Position numbers and translations under genes: made by a program. From the IMG/VR virus record IMGVR_UViG_3300009164_000061, positions 1 to 64,000 of that record: a stretch of DNA of 64,000 nt. The stretch is one strand, 5' to 3'. Source of the DNA: an uncultured virus (IMG/VR IMGVR_UViG_3300009164_000061) (Duplodnaviria; Heunggongvirae; Uroviricota; Caudoviricetes). Positions 50,422 to 59,221 of the stretch are shown here, piece by piece. The notes beneath the pieces were generated by a model. The model searched no databases, was not told the DNA's origin, and was given only the letters and a program-made list of their open reading frames with translations. Within the stretch, counting starts at the first letter, position 1. Each line of letters begins with the position of its first letter.

Positions 50422-52382
50422 ACAATCTCAGTCCTGTCAGTTATCTTTCTTAAAAGATCTAATCTAACTGGAGTAGGTCTTTCAGCTCCACCAAATGTTC
50501 GTAAGTAAATAAACGGCTGATTTGCAGTATTTCTGGTTGTATAATCGCATTTAGATAAAATACCCCAATTGTTTTGGTGATTTGCGATATAGTAGTGATC
50601 TCCAGCTCTTGCCATTAATTTATCCTGTTCTGTAACTGGTTCAAGGCCTAGTGCAATTAATCCCATTCCAACAAATGGACCTTCAACCATTTTACCAGTA
50701 ACTACATTAACTAGCATAATATTACGCGGATTACTTATTAATTCCTGCGGGCTTTCAACTGACCTTGTTGCTCTGCCTAGTCTTTCAATCGCGACAAATA
50801 CTGGAACTCCAGCGGCTCCTCTAAGAGAGGCCTGTTGAGGTTCTGCTAGAACTACAAATTTTGCAAAATTACCAGTTCTGATTTTCTTAAGCAAGTCAAG
50901 ATTCGCCAAGGTTTGGCGATTATTAACAGCCTGTTTTAATTCAGCTCCAGTAAAATCAAGTTTACCAAATAGGGCTTTGTCTGCAGTTCTGGCCAAATTT
51001 TGAGAACGATCTCTTTCAATACGTTCTCTTTCTGCTTGAGCTTCCGCATCTCGACGCTGTTGAACTACTTCAGGGCTTAATCTATTAAGAATAAAGAGTT
51101 TACCGGCTGGGGTTAGGTTAACTCTATCTAGATCAGGAATATTTTCAATATTTACTTTAACCCATTGTGATTTATCAGTAGTTGTCCGAGTGTCATTTGC
51201 ATCACCTGGGGTACGTTCGCCAGCTTCAATTCGAATAACATCTGATATACCAGCAGCAATATAAGTCCCGTTGCGTACATCAACTACTTGCCTAATTGGT
51301 AAGCTATCGTAGCCTGCATCATACAGGTAGCTTTTAACTACAATAAAGTCGCCAACTTGCCATTCTGCATCTGGGTCTGCGCCGAATTGTCTAATACGAG
51401 AAGCAAGGCGTTGTCGAGTTTCAGCCTCTTCACGAGTTCTACGCTCTCTATCTTCGATTGCTTGGCGCTCTGCTCTTTCTCTGTCAAGACGCTGCACTTC
51501 TGATCTAGCTGCATTAATTGAGCTAAATCTCTCATTTGATATACGGCCGTCTCGACCTAATGACGCTAAGTACTCATCATCTAACTTTGTTAAAAAAGTA
51601 TCAGGTAGAATTGAAAGAAGTTCATCGTCAATATCAAATCTGTCCGGTTTTGTGTTATTAAATCCGATTTGGCGTTCAATAAATCTCTCAGCTACATCAA
51701 TTTTTGATTGAGTACTTATTCCTTTATCCATTGCCATCCAACTTCCTGGACCAATTATTGCTAGCGCATCATCAACTGATGGCGTTCCATCTGGATTTGC
51801 TTTATAGTCCAACAATGATCCCCAAGCTTTGTCTTTTTCAGTAGTTCCGCTTGAATTTGATGAAATATAACCTGCATATTTTAATAGTGTTCTGTACAAT
51901 TTGTAACCTAAGCCTGTACCTCTAAGAGCTGGTCTAATTCCGTCATTTGGGAAATGGCTGCGTTGAAATGAGCTAGGCTCTTCAGTTCTAAGATAAACAG
52001 CCGTACCTGATGGATATACGTCTCTCCATTTACCAAAATCCTCTTTCATTCGGCCTTCATCAATTTGCTTGAGTTCCTTGAGTAAATCAACAATAGGTTG
52101 TGGAAATCTTGGATAATAATCTCTGGTATTACTAGGCTTTTCCATTGTAATCTCAATTCTAGGAACCTGTTTTAGTGCACGAGTTAAATCTGCTGCAACT
52201 TCTGAGTAACTTCTACGAACTGGCTGATTTGCAAGCTGTTGTCTACGAGTAACTGTTTCCTGTCTAGCTCTACCAATATGACTTCCAGCTAATCGCTCAG
52301 GGCGTTTAACCCCCATTTCATCAACTAGCCCACCCTGATTAATATTCGATTCATTAATTGCTTCTATAAAAGACTTTGCCAT
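50418..52382 (-). CDS. Large putative internal virion protein with a GNAT-like motif
   Basis: MAKSFIEAINE tag; IRPALRGTGLGYKLY; late motif at 52407. Confidence 0.55.
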   Translation of the reverse strand: MAKSFIEAINESNINQGGLVDEMGVKRPERLAGSHIGRARQETVTRRQQLANQPVRRSYSEVAADLTRALKQVPRIEITMEKPSNTRDYYPRFPQPIVDLLKELKQIDEGRMKEDFGKWRDVYPSGTAVYLRTEEPSSFQRSHFPNDGIRPALRGTGLGYKLYRTLLKYAGYISSNSSGTTEKDKAWGSLLDYKANPDGTPSVDDALAIIGPGSWMAMDKGISTQSKIDVAERFIERQIGFNNTKPDRFDIDDELLSILPDTFLTKLDDEYLASLGRDGRISNERFSSINAARSEVQRLDRERAERQAIEDRERRTREEAETRQRLASRIRQFGADPDAEWQVGDFIVVKSYLYDAGYDSLPIRQVVDVRNGTYIAAGISDVIRIEAGERTPGDANDTRTTTDKSQWVKVNIENIPDLDRVNLTPAGKLFILNRLSPEVVQQRRDAEAQAERERIERDRSQNLARTADKALFGKLDFTGAELKQAVNNRQTLANLDLLKKIRTGNFAKFVVLAEPQQASLRGAAGVPVFVAIERLGRATRSVESPQELISNPRNIMLVNVVTGKMVEGPFVGMGLIALGLEPVTEQDKLMARAGDHYYIANHQNNWGILSKCDYTTRNTANQPFIYLRTFGGAERPTPVRLDLLRKITDRTEIV

Positions 52383-52465
52383 AATTATATAAAAAATACT
52401 TTTTAGTTATTTATTCTTGAATCCGGTTAGATAACCATAGTAGAATACTTAAAAAGATCTAGATC

Positions 52466-53191
52466 ATGCAGAAACTCACATTTACTAAACAAGCTATCCT
52501 AATTTCATTTTGGGATGAAACTTCTGAAAAATGGATAGACCGAAATATGGCTGATACAAGTTTACCTATCACGTGGTACTTACCGTACGACGTTCATATA
52601 GAAAAAAATGTTAAGCTAAAGGACATAATTAATAATTTAACTCCATATGCTGAACAATTAAATTTTGTGTTTCTTGCATATCTTAATGGCGTTCAAGTTG
52701 AAGACCTATTTACTGAATTATTAAGTCGACCGGCTGAACCGCATGATCTTAAAATAGACGCGATTTGCCTATTATGGATGGGTCAAGTAAAACCAGTGCC
52801 GGATGTTGATGACTCAAAAATATACACATTTCCAGCACTACTTGCCCTGGAGATGATTGACGAAGAAGATGATGGTGCAGAAGATGAGTTGCACAGCATT
52901 TACGATATAACAATTGACCAATTGCTAAATACCCAAATTGTTATTGATGATTTTTTGGAATATTATGATGATGACTCCCGTAATGATGATGCAATATTTA
53001 GTGGAATAACTGATTGGACTTTCTTTGATTTTATGAGAACTGTATTAAGCGAACTTGTTCTTTATAGCTTTACCACTGATATAATTAAAAAGTCTGACTT
53101 AACCGCTAATCCAATCGGCCCAGCTGAACTATTTGATCATCTTGATAAACTGGATAAATTTTTCAAGGATGAACCAACTGATTTAGATTAA
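52466..53191 (+). CDS. Highly acidic hypothetical protein
   Basis: 241 aa, Asp/Glu-rich. Confidence 0.6.
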   Translation: MQKLTFTKQAILISFWDETSEKWIDRNMADTSLPITWYLPYDVHIEKNVKLKDIINNLTPYAEQLNFVFLAYLNGVQVEDLFTELLSRPAEPHDLKIDAICLLWMGQVKPVPDVDDSKIYTFPALLALEMIDEEDDGAEDELHSIYDITIDQLLNTQIVIDDFLEYYDDDSRNDDAIFSGITDWTFFDFMRTVLSELVLYSFTTDIIKKSDLTANPIGPAELFDHLDKLDKFFKDEPTDLD

Positions 53192-53248
53192 TGGTAATAT
53201 AACATGCGGTTGAAAGCCTCTAAGCTTTTATGGTATATTATATTAAGT

Positions 53249-54256
53249 ATGAGATCAAAGAAAATAAAAACTTTTTATACGCCAAAACAGGTTTTGGAAA
53301 ATGACAAGACTTCTAATTATAGCAAGTCTCCATTAAAACCTAAACTTCTTTTGGCATATTTAAAACAGAAAAAACTTCTTGGAAATTTTTCAATAACTGA
53401 TGATTTTAGGCCATTTACTAAAACTGATTTTAGAATGGCTCATCATAAAAGTTATGTGGACGATTTTTTTAATGGGACAGGTTTGTGCAATTCAAATTCA
53501 TTAGCCTGGTCAAAACAGTTTGCTGAATCAATTAGATACACAAATTCATCCCTATACTCAGCAATCAGGAATTCAATAGTTAATCCAAACCAGGTTAGTT
53601 TCAGTCCAACTAGTGGATTCCACCATGCTAGGCCAAGCGGCGGAAGCGGTTTTTGTACATTTAGTGGTCAAGTAATTGCATCACTTAAAATCTATAATGA
53701 ATTTGCGTTTAGTGGAGCCTATCTTGATTTAGACGGTCATTTTGGAAATTCAATTGAAGACAGTCGTGCATTTTGTAAAAACTTAAATAAAGCAGTTCCA
53801 TTAGATTTTAATATTAATCCACAGGGTTATGATTCAGATTACTTAGCCGATCTTGCAAAATGGTTAGAGCGATTAAAACATGCTATCCTTACCGATAAAA
53901 TTCAATATGTAGTTTGGTGTCATGGTGCAGATTCACATGCAGATGATAATTTAGGAAGGCAATGTGATACTGACCACTGGATTGCATGTTCAACTCTTTT
54001 TTGGAAATGGGTAAAAGAAATGGATAGATTATTAGGAAGACCATTACCTATATCATGTGCTCTATTTGGTGGATATCGCGAAGATGACTATAATTCAGTC
54101 TTAAGTTTACATACCAGCGATTTTGTTGAGTGCCTTAAAGAATTACTTGAGGTCGACGTTAAATATACTATAGAGGTAAGTCCTCGTCGAAAAATTGAGT
54201 ATGAAGATGGTGCGAGATTATATAGAAAACGAAGAACTATGGATCAAGAAGTATAA
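53249..54256 (+). CDS. Histone deacetylase / Zn-dependent deacylase family protein
   Basis: SGFHHA, SGFCTF, DLDGHFGN, GADSH, GGY; start placed at ATG 53249. Confidence 0.88.
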   Translation: MRSKKIKTFYTPKQVLENDKTSNYSKSPLKPKLLLAYLKQKKLLGNFSITDDFRPFTKTDFRMAHHKSYVDDFFNGTGLCNSNSLAWSKQFAESIRYTNSSLYSAIRNSIVNPNQVSFSPTSGFHHARPSGGSGFCTFSGQVIASLKIYNEFAFSGAYLDLDGHFGNSIEDSRAFCKNLNKAVPLDFNINPQGYDSDYLADLAKWLERLKHAILTDKIQYVVWCHGADSHADDNLGRQCDTDHWIACSTLFWKWVKEMDRLLGRPLPISCALFGGYREDDYNSVLSLHTSDFVECLKELLEVDVKYTIEVSPRRKIEYEDGARLYRKRRTMDQEV

Positions 54257-54410
54257 AGATATTGACCGTAAAGGTGTTACCTCAAGCTATTGGAAGGAGG
54301 TTCTTGCCGTTATTGGATATTTAGAATATAAAGAAAATTATGAGGGTTGCCAAGAACTTTGGGAATACTATAAGGAAATAACAAATGGTCGACAAGACGA
54401 TATCGACTAA
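54195..54410 (+). CDS. Small hypothetical protein
   Basis: ORF preceding a terminator; exact start uncertain. Confidence 0.5.
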   Translation: MSMKMVRDYIENEELWIKKYKDIDRKGVTSSYWKEVLAVIGYLEYKENYEGCQELWEYYKEITNGRQDDID

Positions 54411-54412
54411 GC

Positions 54413-54442
54413 AAAAAAATAGCCCTATTAGGGCTATTTTTT
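54413..54442. terminator. Bidirectional intrinsic terminator
   Basis: aaaaaaatagccc-tatta-gggctatttttt. Confidence 0.85.
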
Positions 54443-54458
54443 GTTAAGTTAACTTTAA

Positions 54459-54776
54459 TTATGAATTAAGTTGTTCTGGCGAAGTTGAGTCAGCCGGTGC
54501 CTCTACTAAATCTGTTGCTGCTGGTTTTTTACCATTCATAACGTTTTTAACACCAAGTAGAGTGGCTCCAATTAAGGTAAATGTTATTGCTTGTGTAATA
54601 ACATCAATTGACTTAGTAATCCATAGTTTGTCAATGCAGCCTAATAGAAAGCATAAGCCCCCAATAAAGATAATATAAAGACCAGCAACTGACGTACCTG
54701 ACGTTTTGCCATTATCATTTGATGTCATTTCACCAAATGAAAAACGTTTAACATCTCCGATTTTCGAAATTTTCAT
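54459..54776 (-). CDS. Two-TM membrane protein (holin-like)
   Basis: Two hydrophobic helices with charged termini. Confidence 0.5.
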   Translation of the reverse strand: MKISKIGDVKRFSFGEMTSNDNGKTSGTSVAGLYIIFIGGLCFLLGCIDKLWITKSIDVITQAITFTLIGATLLGVKNVMNGKKPAATDLVEAPADSTSPEQLNS

Positions 54777-54792
54777 TTTATTTTATATTTTT

Positions 54793-55596
54793 TTAGTTGA
54801 CGTAATTATTAAGAATTGTCTCAAGATCGTCAGTCTTTTCAAGAGTAGAGGAAGGCTCGTTATAATATAGTTCATACCGATCTTCTAAAAGGTCAGCTGC
54901 ATTTATTTCATTTTTTAGTTTAAGCAGTCTAATACCAAACCAGTCAGCTTCCATTTCTTGACGTTCATCGTATTGATTTGCTCTATCGTATTTAGAGGCA
55001 GAGTGATCCAATTCAAAATGCGCTATTTCGTGAGCCTCAATTGCAAGTATGTGATCACTTGTTAAGTTTTGACTCTCAATTATTACTCCGTCAATATAGA
55101 TAGTTTTTGAGGAAAGATCTGCAAATGCAATTCCTAAATAGTTAAAAATCTTTGCACAATCTTTATATAGAGAATCCTCTGGCCAAAGGGCTATAACCGT
55201 CCAGTCTAGATCAAGTTTACTTTTCCAGGCAGTAGGCTCTGCTCCTTCTGATAAATTATAGCGTTTCATCTTTGAAGCGCGTTGACCGGTTAGGTCTCTC
55301 CATAACTCTCGTACATCAGGTTGAGCTAGAGTATCCGCCTGTACCATTGAATAAAATTGATTATCTGAGTTCTGCATCATTGCGAACCATTCTTCTAGCG
55401 TTGGTTTCTTAGGTAGTGCGGCTATTCTAGGCTTTAACCTACGGAACATTGGAAACAGTTCAGTTTCATATTTGTCACCAGTATGAGGGTTTCTACCAAA
55501 TTTACGATTAATACCAAGATCGCCTAATTGCTTAAGAGGTCTTGGATGCTCGATATTTTCAGATACCCATGTATTAAAGTTTACAATCGTTGCCAT
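54793..55596 (-). CDS. CTS-tagged protein with a C-terminal HExxH metallopeptidase-like domain
   Basis: AHEIAHF...EMEADWFG; starts MATIVNFNTWVSE. Confidence 0.7.
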   Translation of the reverse strand: MATIVNFNTWVSENIEHPRPLKQLGDLGINRKFGRNPHTGDKYETELFPMFRRLKPRIAALPKKPTLEEWFAMMQNSDNQFYSMVQADTLAQPDVRELWRDLTGQRASKMKRYNLSEGAEPTAWKSKLDLDWTVIALWPEDSLYKDCAKIFNYLGIAFADLSSKTIYIDGVIIESQNLTSDHILAIEAHEIAHFELDHSASKYDRANQYDERQEMEADWFGIRLLKLKNEINAADLLEDRYELYYNEPSSTLEKTDDLETILNNYVN

Positions 55597-55602
55597 TCTG
55601 TT

Positions 55603-55629
55603 TTATTTATCCCTAGCGTAGATAAATAA
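55603..55629. promoter_or_regulatory. Divergent pair of ATAAATAA late-promoter motifs
   Basis: ttatttat at 55603-55610 (minus) and ataaataa at 55622-55629 (plus) between divergent genes. Confidence 0.65.
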
Positions 55630-55646
55630 TAAGAAAATCAATAACA

Positions 55647-56090
55647 ATGATTCATAAATATCAACAATGGATTGAAGAATCTGAAAAAGTTGAAGCAAAC
55701 GAACAGGTGCCAACCGCTACTCCAGAAGTACCTGCAGCAACGGATGCAGCAGCTTTGCCGGTTACAACTGAAACGCCAGCCGCAACTACTCCAGAAATTC
55801 CATCTGAGCCAGAAATCGTATCAGCTGAGTCTGAAATTGAAGAATATCAAAATTTAGATAAAGCGCGCAGAGAAGCAATTAAAGCATTTAAAGAAAAACA
55901 GGGAGAATTCTTGGAAATTCCAGAAGACATTCGTAAAAACCCAGTTGAAGAAGCTGATAAAACAAAAGTTGAAGAGCTAAAGACCTCTTTAATTGAGCTT
56001 AATAAAACAATGAAAGCTGCAATTACTGCTTGGAATAAATTTAACTCAATGGCTCTTGGTATTGAAGATGATGAAGACGTTGAACCATAA
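55647..56090 (+). CDS. Putative internal virion protein
   Basis: MIHKYQQWIEE tag; Pro/Thr/Ala linker. Confidence 0.6.
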   Translation: MIHKYQQWIEESEKVEANEQVPTATPEVPAATDAAALPVTTETPAATTPEIPSEPEIVSAESEIEEYQNLDKARREAIKAFKEKQGEFLEIPEDIRKNPVEEADKTKVEELKTSLIELNKTMKAAITAWNKFNSMALGIEDDEDVEP

Positions 56091-56105
56091 AATAACTATC
56101 TAACT

Positions 56106-56357
56106 ATGTCAATTATAAAGAATTTTAACGATTTTCTTAACGAAAGCTGGCATCCATATGATGCATACGAAACTGGCAAATCAAATTGTTGCGGTGCACC
56201 AATCATGCAAGGCGGAATTTGCTCAGACTGTAAAGAACATCGTGAACCTGAAGAAGAGGAAGAATATTCAGAAGATCAAATGACCGATCATGAATTTGAA
56301 CCTCGGAATCATGACGCTGAACCGGGCAGCGGGCTACCTAATGTTGAAGGATTTTAA
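56106..56357 (+). CDS. Small Zn-ribbon protein, CTS-tagged
   Basis: MSIIKNFNDFLNE; SNCCGAP...ICSDCKEH. Confidence 0.65.
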   Translation: MSIIKNFNDFLNESWHPYDAYETGKSNCCGAPIMQGGICSDCKEHREPEEEEEYSEDQMTDHEFEPRNHDAEPGSGLPNVEGF

Positions 56358-57145
56358 TGCAGTACTTATTAGAATATAGCGATTGGACAAACAATCGAGA
56401 ACGTGAACTTAATGAAGATTGGGAATGGGACGATTTAGCTCATCTTGGAGTTGATGTGATTAGTGCAATATCAGATACTGTAGTTCCAGGATCAGGCAGT
56501 GTTATTGATATAATTCATGCTATTTCCTATTCAATTCAGGCAAGTTTTGCAAATACTGAAGCTGAAAAGGTTTCTTTAAATATGCAAGGTTTAATAACTC
56601 TAGCCTCAGTTGTGGCAATTAGTGGAGCTCAAGCACTGGCAGTTGCACTAAAGGCTGAAATTAAAATTGTAATGGCTGCATTTACTGAGGGTCTATCTAA
56701 TCCAACTGCTTTTAAATTAGCAAAAGCTGCTGCTCCCGAAGTTTCAGCTAAACTTAAAACTCTGCTTGGAATGGTTAGCGATATTGCCAAATGGGTTGGT
56801 CAAAAAATTCGAGAATTTAAAAATTCAGAATTAGGCGCATGGGTTATAAGTAAATTCGGCTCAATTGAAATAGCTCTTACTAAGATAAGTACCTTAATAA
56901 CTCAGGGTATTCCAGCCTCAATTAATAAATTTCTACAATTTTTAGCAAAACTTAATCCGTTAAAATTAGGTGCGCATGGATCAACTGGTGAAACTGGAGA
57001 ACTTGTATTAAAAGCCGCTGCTAAAAATTATGCAACCGCTAAAGCAACCAATACTACAATTGCTGCAATTACGAATACAACAAATCAAACTAAAAAAGAG
57101 GTTGCCAGTCTTACTAAGAAACCTCAAGTCAAACCTAGCACATAA
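56357..57145 (+). CDS. Putative internal virion protein with hydrophobic helical hairpin
   Basis: MQYLLEYSDW...LNE; HLGVDVISAI...PGSGSVIDIIHA. Confidence 0.55.
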   Translation: MQYLLEYSDWTNNRERELNEDWEWDDLAHLGVDVISAISDTVVPGSGSVIDIIHAISYSIQASFANTEAEKVSLNMQGLITLASVVAISGAQALAVALKAEIKIVMAAFTEGLSNPTAFKLAKAAAPEVSAKLKTLLGMVSDIAKWVGQKIREFKNSELGAWVISKFGSIEIALTKISTLITQGIPASINKFLQFLAKLNPLKLGAHGSTGETGELVLKAAAKNYATAKATNTTIAAITNTTNQTKKEVASLTKKPQVKPST

Positions 57146-57870
57146 TGAATCAATTAAAATCATTATATACTTATTTAAAAAACAAAAAAATTGTTTTTTT
57201 AACTACCTCAAATAGATGGGAAGGCGAGAAAGAATTACCAAAATCTTCTATTATTGCAGATGAATTGGCTACTAGACTTGATAATTGTCAAGTTATTAAT
57301 GTTTCCAAACTAAAAATATTTTCATGTGAGGGAAACGTTTCAAATAAAAAAGGAAACGGCTGCGGAGTTAAAGCGGCTAACCTAGTTGACGGTAAAAAGA
57401 ATCCAACTGGAAATATCAGATGTTGGGCATCAGTTAATAATAAGTCAGATGAAATGTATAAAGTTGCCAATGCAATCTTTGAATCAGATATAATTATATT
57501 TTTTGGGTCAATTCGTTGGGGCAAAATGAATGCAGTATACACTCAATTAATTGAAAGATTGACTTGGTTAGAAAATCGACATACGAGTTTAGGAGAATCT
57601 AATTTATTAAAAGATAAAGAGGCTGGAATAATTGCAATTGGCCATAACTGGAATGGAAAGGAAGCTGTTAATCTAGAAAAACAAGTTCTTAAATTTTTTG
57701 GATTTAAGACTCCTGATATTTTAACATTTAATTGGCAATGGACCAATGATAAGTACAACGAACTTTTGTCGGGTTATAAAAGAGACTTTCCAGACTTCTT
57801 AAAAGAATTTAAGTTTAGCGAAGCTTTGTATGAGGCAGTTATGAGGTTTAAAGGTTGGATCAGACTATAA
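57145..57870 (+). CDS. Flavodoxin-fold protein (FMN reductase / iron-sulfur flavoprotein-like)
   Basis: FLTTSNR...KSS, CEGNVS...C...CW, DEM...SDIIIFFGSIRWG...LIERL. Confidence 0.75.
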   Translation: MNQLKSLYTYLKNKKIVFLTTSNRWEGEKELPKSSIIADELATRLDNCQVINVSKLKIFSCEGNVSNKKGNGCGVKAANLVDGKKNPTGNIRCWASVNNKSDEMYKVANAIFESDIIIFFGSIRWGKMNAVYTQLIERLTWLENRHTSLGESNLLKDKEAGIIAIGHNWNGKEAVNLEKQVLKFFGFKTPDILTFNWQWTNDKYNELLSGYKRDFPDFLKEFKFSEALYEAVMRFKGWIRL

Positions 57871-57886
57871 AATCTTAATAAACACT

Positions 57887-57911
57887 AAAAGCTGGAAATT
57901 CCGGCTTTTTT
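57887..57911 (+). terminator. Intrinsic terminator
   Basis: aaaagctggaa-a-ttccggctttttt inverted repeat. Confidence 0.7.
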
Positions 57912-58002
57912 AATGTGATCTGAGACGGCCTAGAATTTAAGTTAGGTTACTATTAGCTAGGATATTAAAAGATGGCCAATGTGATCTGGTGAGTGATCTA
58001 TA

Positions 58003-58701
58003 TTACTTAACGGTAAAGGTATATCCGGTTAATTTCTCAATCTTAGCTTTTGTAACTTTCCAATGATCTAGTCCAACTGGTTTGTCTGGGGTATTATTAA
58101 AAATATAATATTCCCAAACCTTGGTCTTTTTAACAAATAAAACCTTCCAACATTTAAGAGGTACTGAGGTTGAGCCTATTTTTTTAGCTTCACCAGTCGA
58201 GCCACACCAAACCATTACTGAATCGTATTGTATGGCAAGGTCTCTAGTTTTCATCTCAAGTTTCTTCCAGTCTCCAGCATTTAACGAATGGTACTGTGGA
58301 GCCATATTCGAGAAATAAAAACACTCAGTTTGCAATTCAGTACTACATTGATTGTCTGCGGCTGGGCACATATGACCTCGATCAGTACCTGAACCCACAT
58401 AATCATCCATTAAGTCCGTTTCATCTGGCAATAATGGGTCCGGTGCAAATTGATCCTTACGTGGAACTTTAGTAGTTGGACACTCTAATCTGGCTTTAGT
58501 ATCCCACCATTCAACCTTTAATGGATAGTGTAGGGTTTTACTATAATAGGCAGTGTAACCTTTGTGCTCTAACTTGATTGAACTAGGCACTAACTTAATT
58601 AAACTAGGTTCTAATTTAATTGTTGCAGGGTCTTTAATAAAGCCAGTACATAGCAGTAGAGCAAGTACTACAGCTACTGATAAAAATTTAAAAGTTTTCA
58701 T
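58003..58701 (-). CDS. Secreted DNA/RNA non-specific endonuclease (NucA/EndG family)
   Basis: DRGHMCPAAD, FYFSNMAPQ...LNAGDWKKLE; N-terminal signal peptide. Confidence 0.9.
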   Translation of the reverse strand: MKTFKFLSVAVVLALLLCTGFIKDPATIKLEPSLIKLVPSSIKLEHKGYTAYYSKTLHYPLKVEWWDTKARLECPTTKVPRKDQFAPDPLLPDETDLMDDYVGSGTDRGHMCPAADNQCSTELQTECFYFSNMAPQYHSLNAGDWKKLEMKTRDLAIQYDSVMVWCGSTGEAKKIGSTSVPLKCWKVLFVKKTKVWEYYIFNNTPDKPVGLDHWKVTKAKIEKLTGYTFTVK

Positions 58702-58778
58702 ATTTTTTATTTATTATGGAAAGTTTATTAGGTTTAATAGTATAATATATTTAACAAACACTATAAACCTATCAAGTT

Positions 58779-59150
58779 ATGAAAAAATTAATCTTCGCAA
58801 TCATTTTCGCTGTAAGCTTTCAGGTTGCAAACGCCCAAACTAATTCAACTGAACAAGATCGTCAAGCCGTTGCCTTTCTTAAAGACCGTTGCTTAACTTT
58901 CAATCAAGGTCAAGTTCCAATCAAGATCAATAACCCAAAGGAGTTAATGGACTCTTTAGACAATAAGAAAATAAACTACAGTTATACAACTTACACTTTT
59001 GCAGGCAATCAAATTAATGATGAAACTTGCATGGGAGGTAGCAGTGATGCAAAGGTTGGAAAAACTGCAATTCCTTTTGTGAAGTACTACATTTACACTA
59101 AAGGCGGCTTAACCTATATTGAATTAGTAGACGGTAACTCTTACTTTTAA
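58779..59150 (+). CDS. Secreted/periplasmic hypothetical protein
   Basis: Signal peptide MKKLIFAIIFAVSFQVANA followed by Q (Bacteroidota-style Gln at +1). Confidence 0.7.
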   Translation: MKKLIFAIIFAVSFQVANAQTNSTEQDRQAVAFLKDRCLTFNQGQVPIKINNPKELMDSLDNKKINYSYTTYTFAGNQINDETCMGGSSDAKVGKTAIPFVKYYIYTKGGLTYIELVDGNSYF

Positions 59151-59167
59151 ACTTCTCAACCCTAACC

Positions 59168-59198
59168 AAAAAGGGACTCATTAGAGTCCCTTTTTTTT
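59168..59198. terminator. Bidirectional intrinsic terminator
   Basis: aaaaagggactc-atta-gagtcccttttttt. Confidence 0.88.
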
Positions 59199-59221
59199 AT
59201 GTGTGAGTGTTTGTTAGTTTA

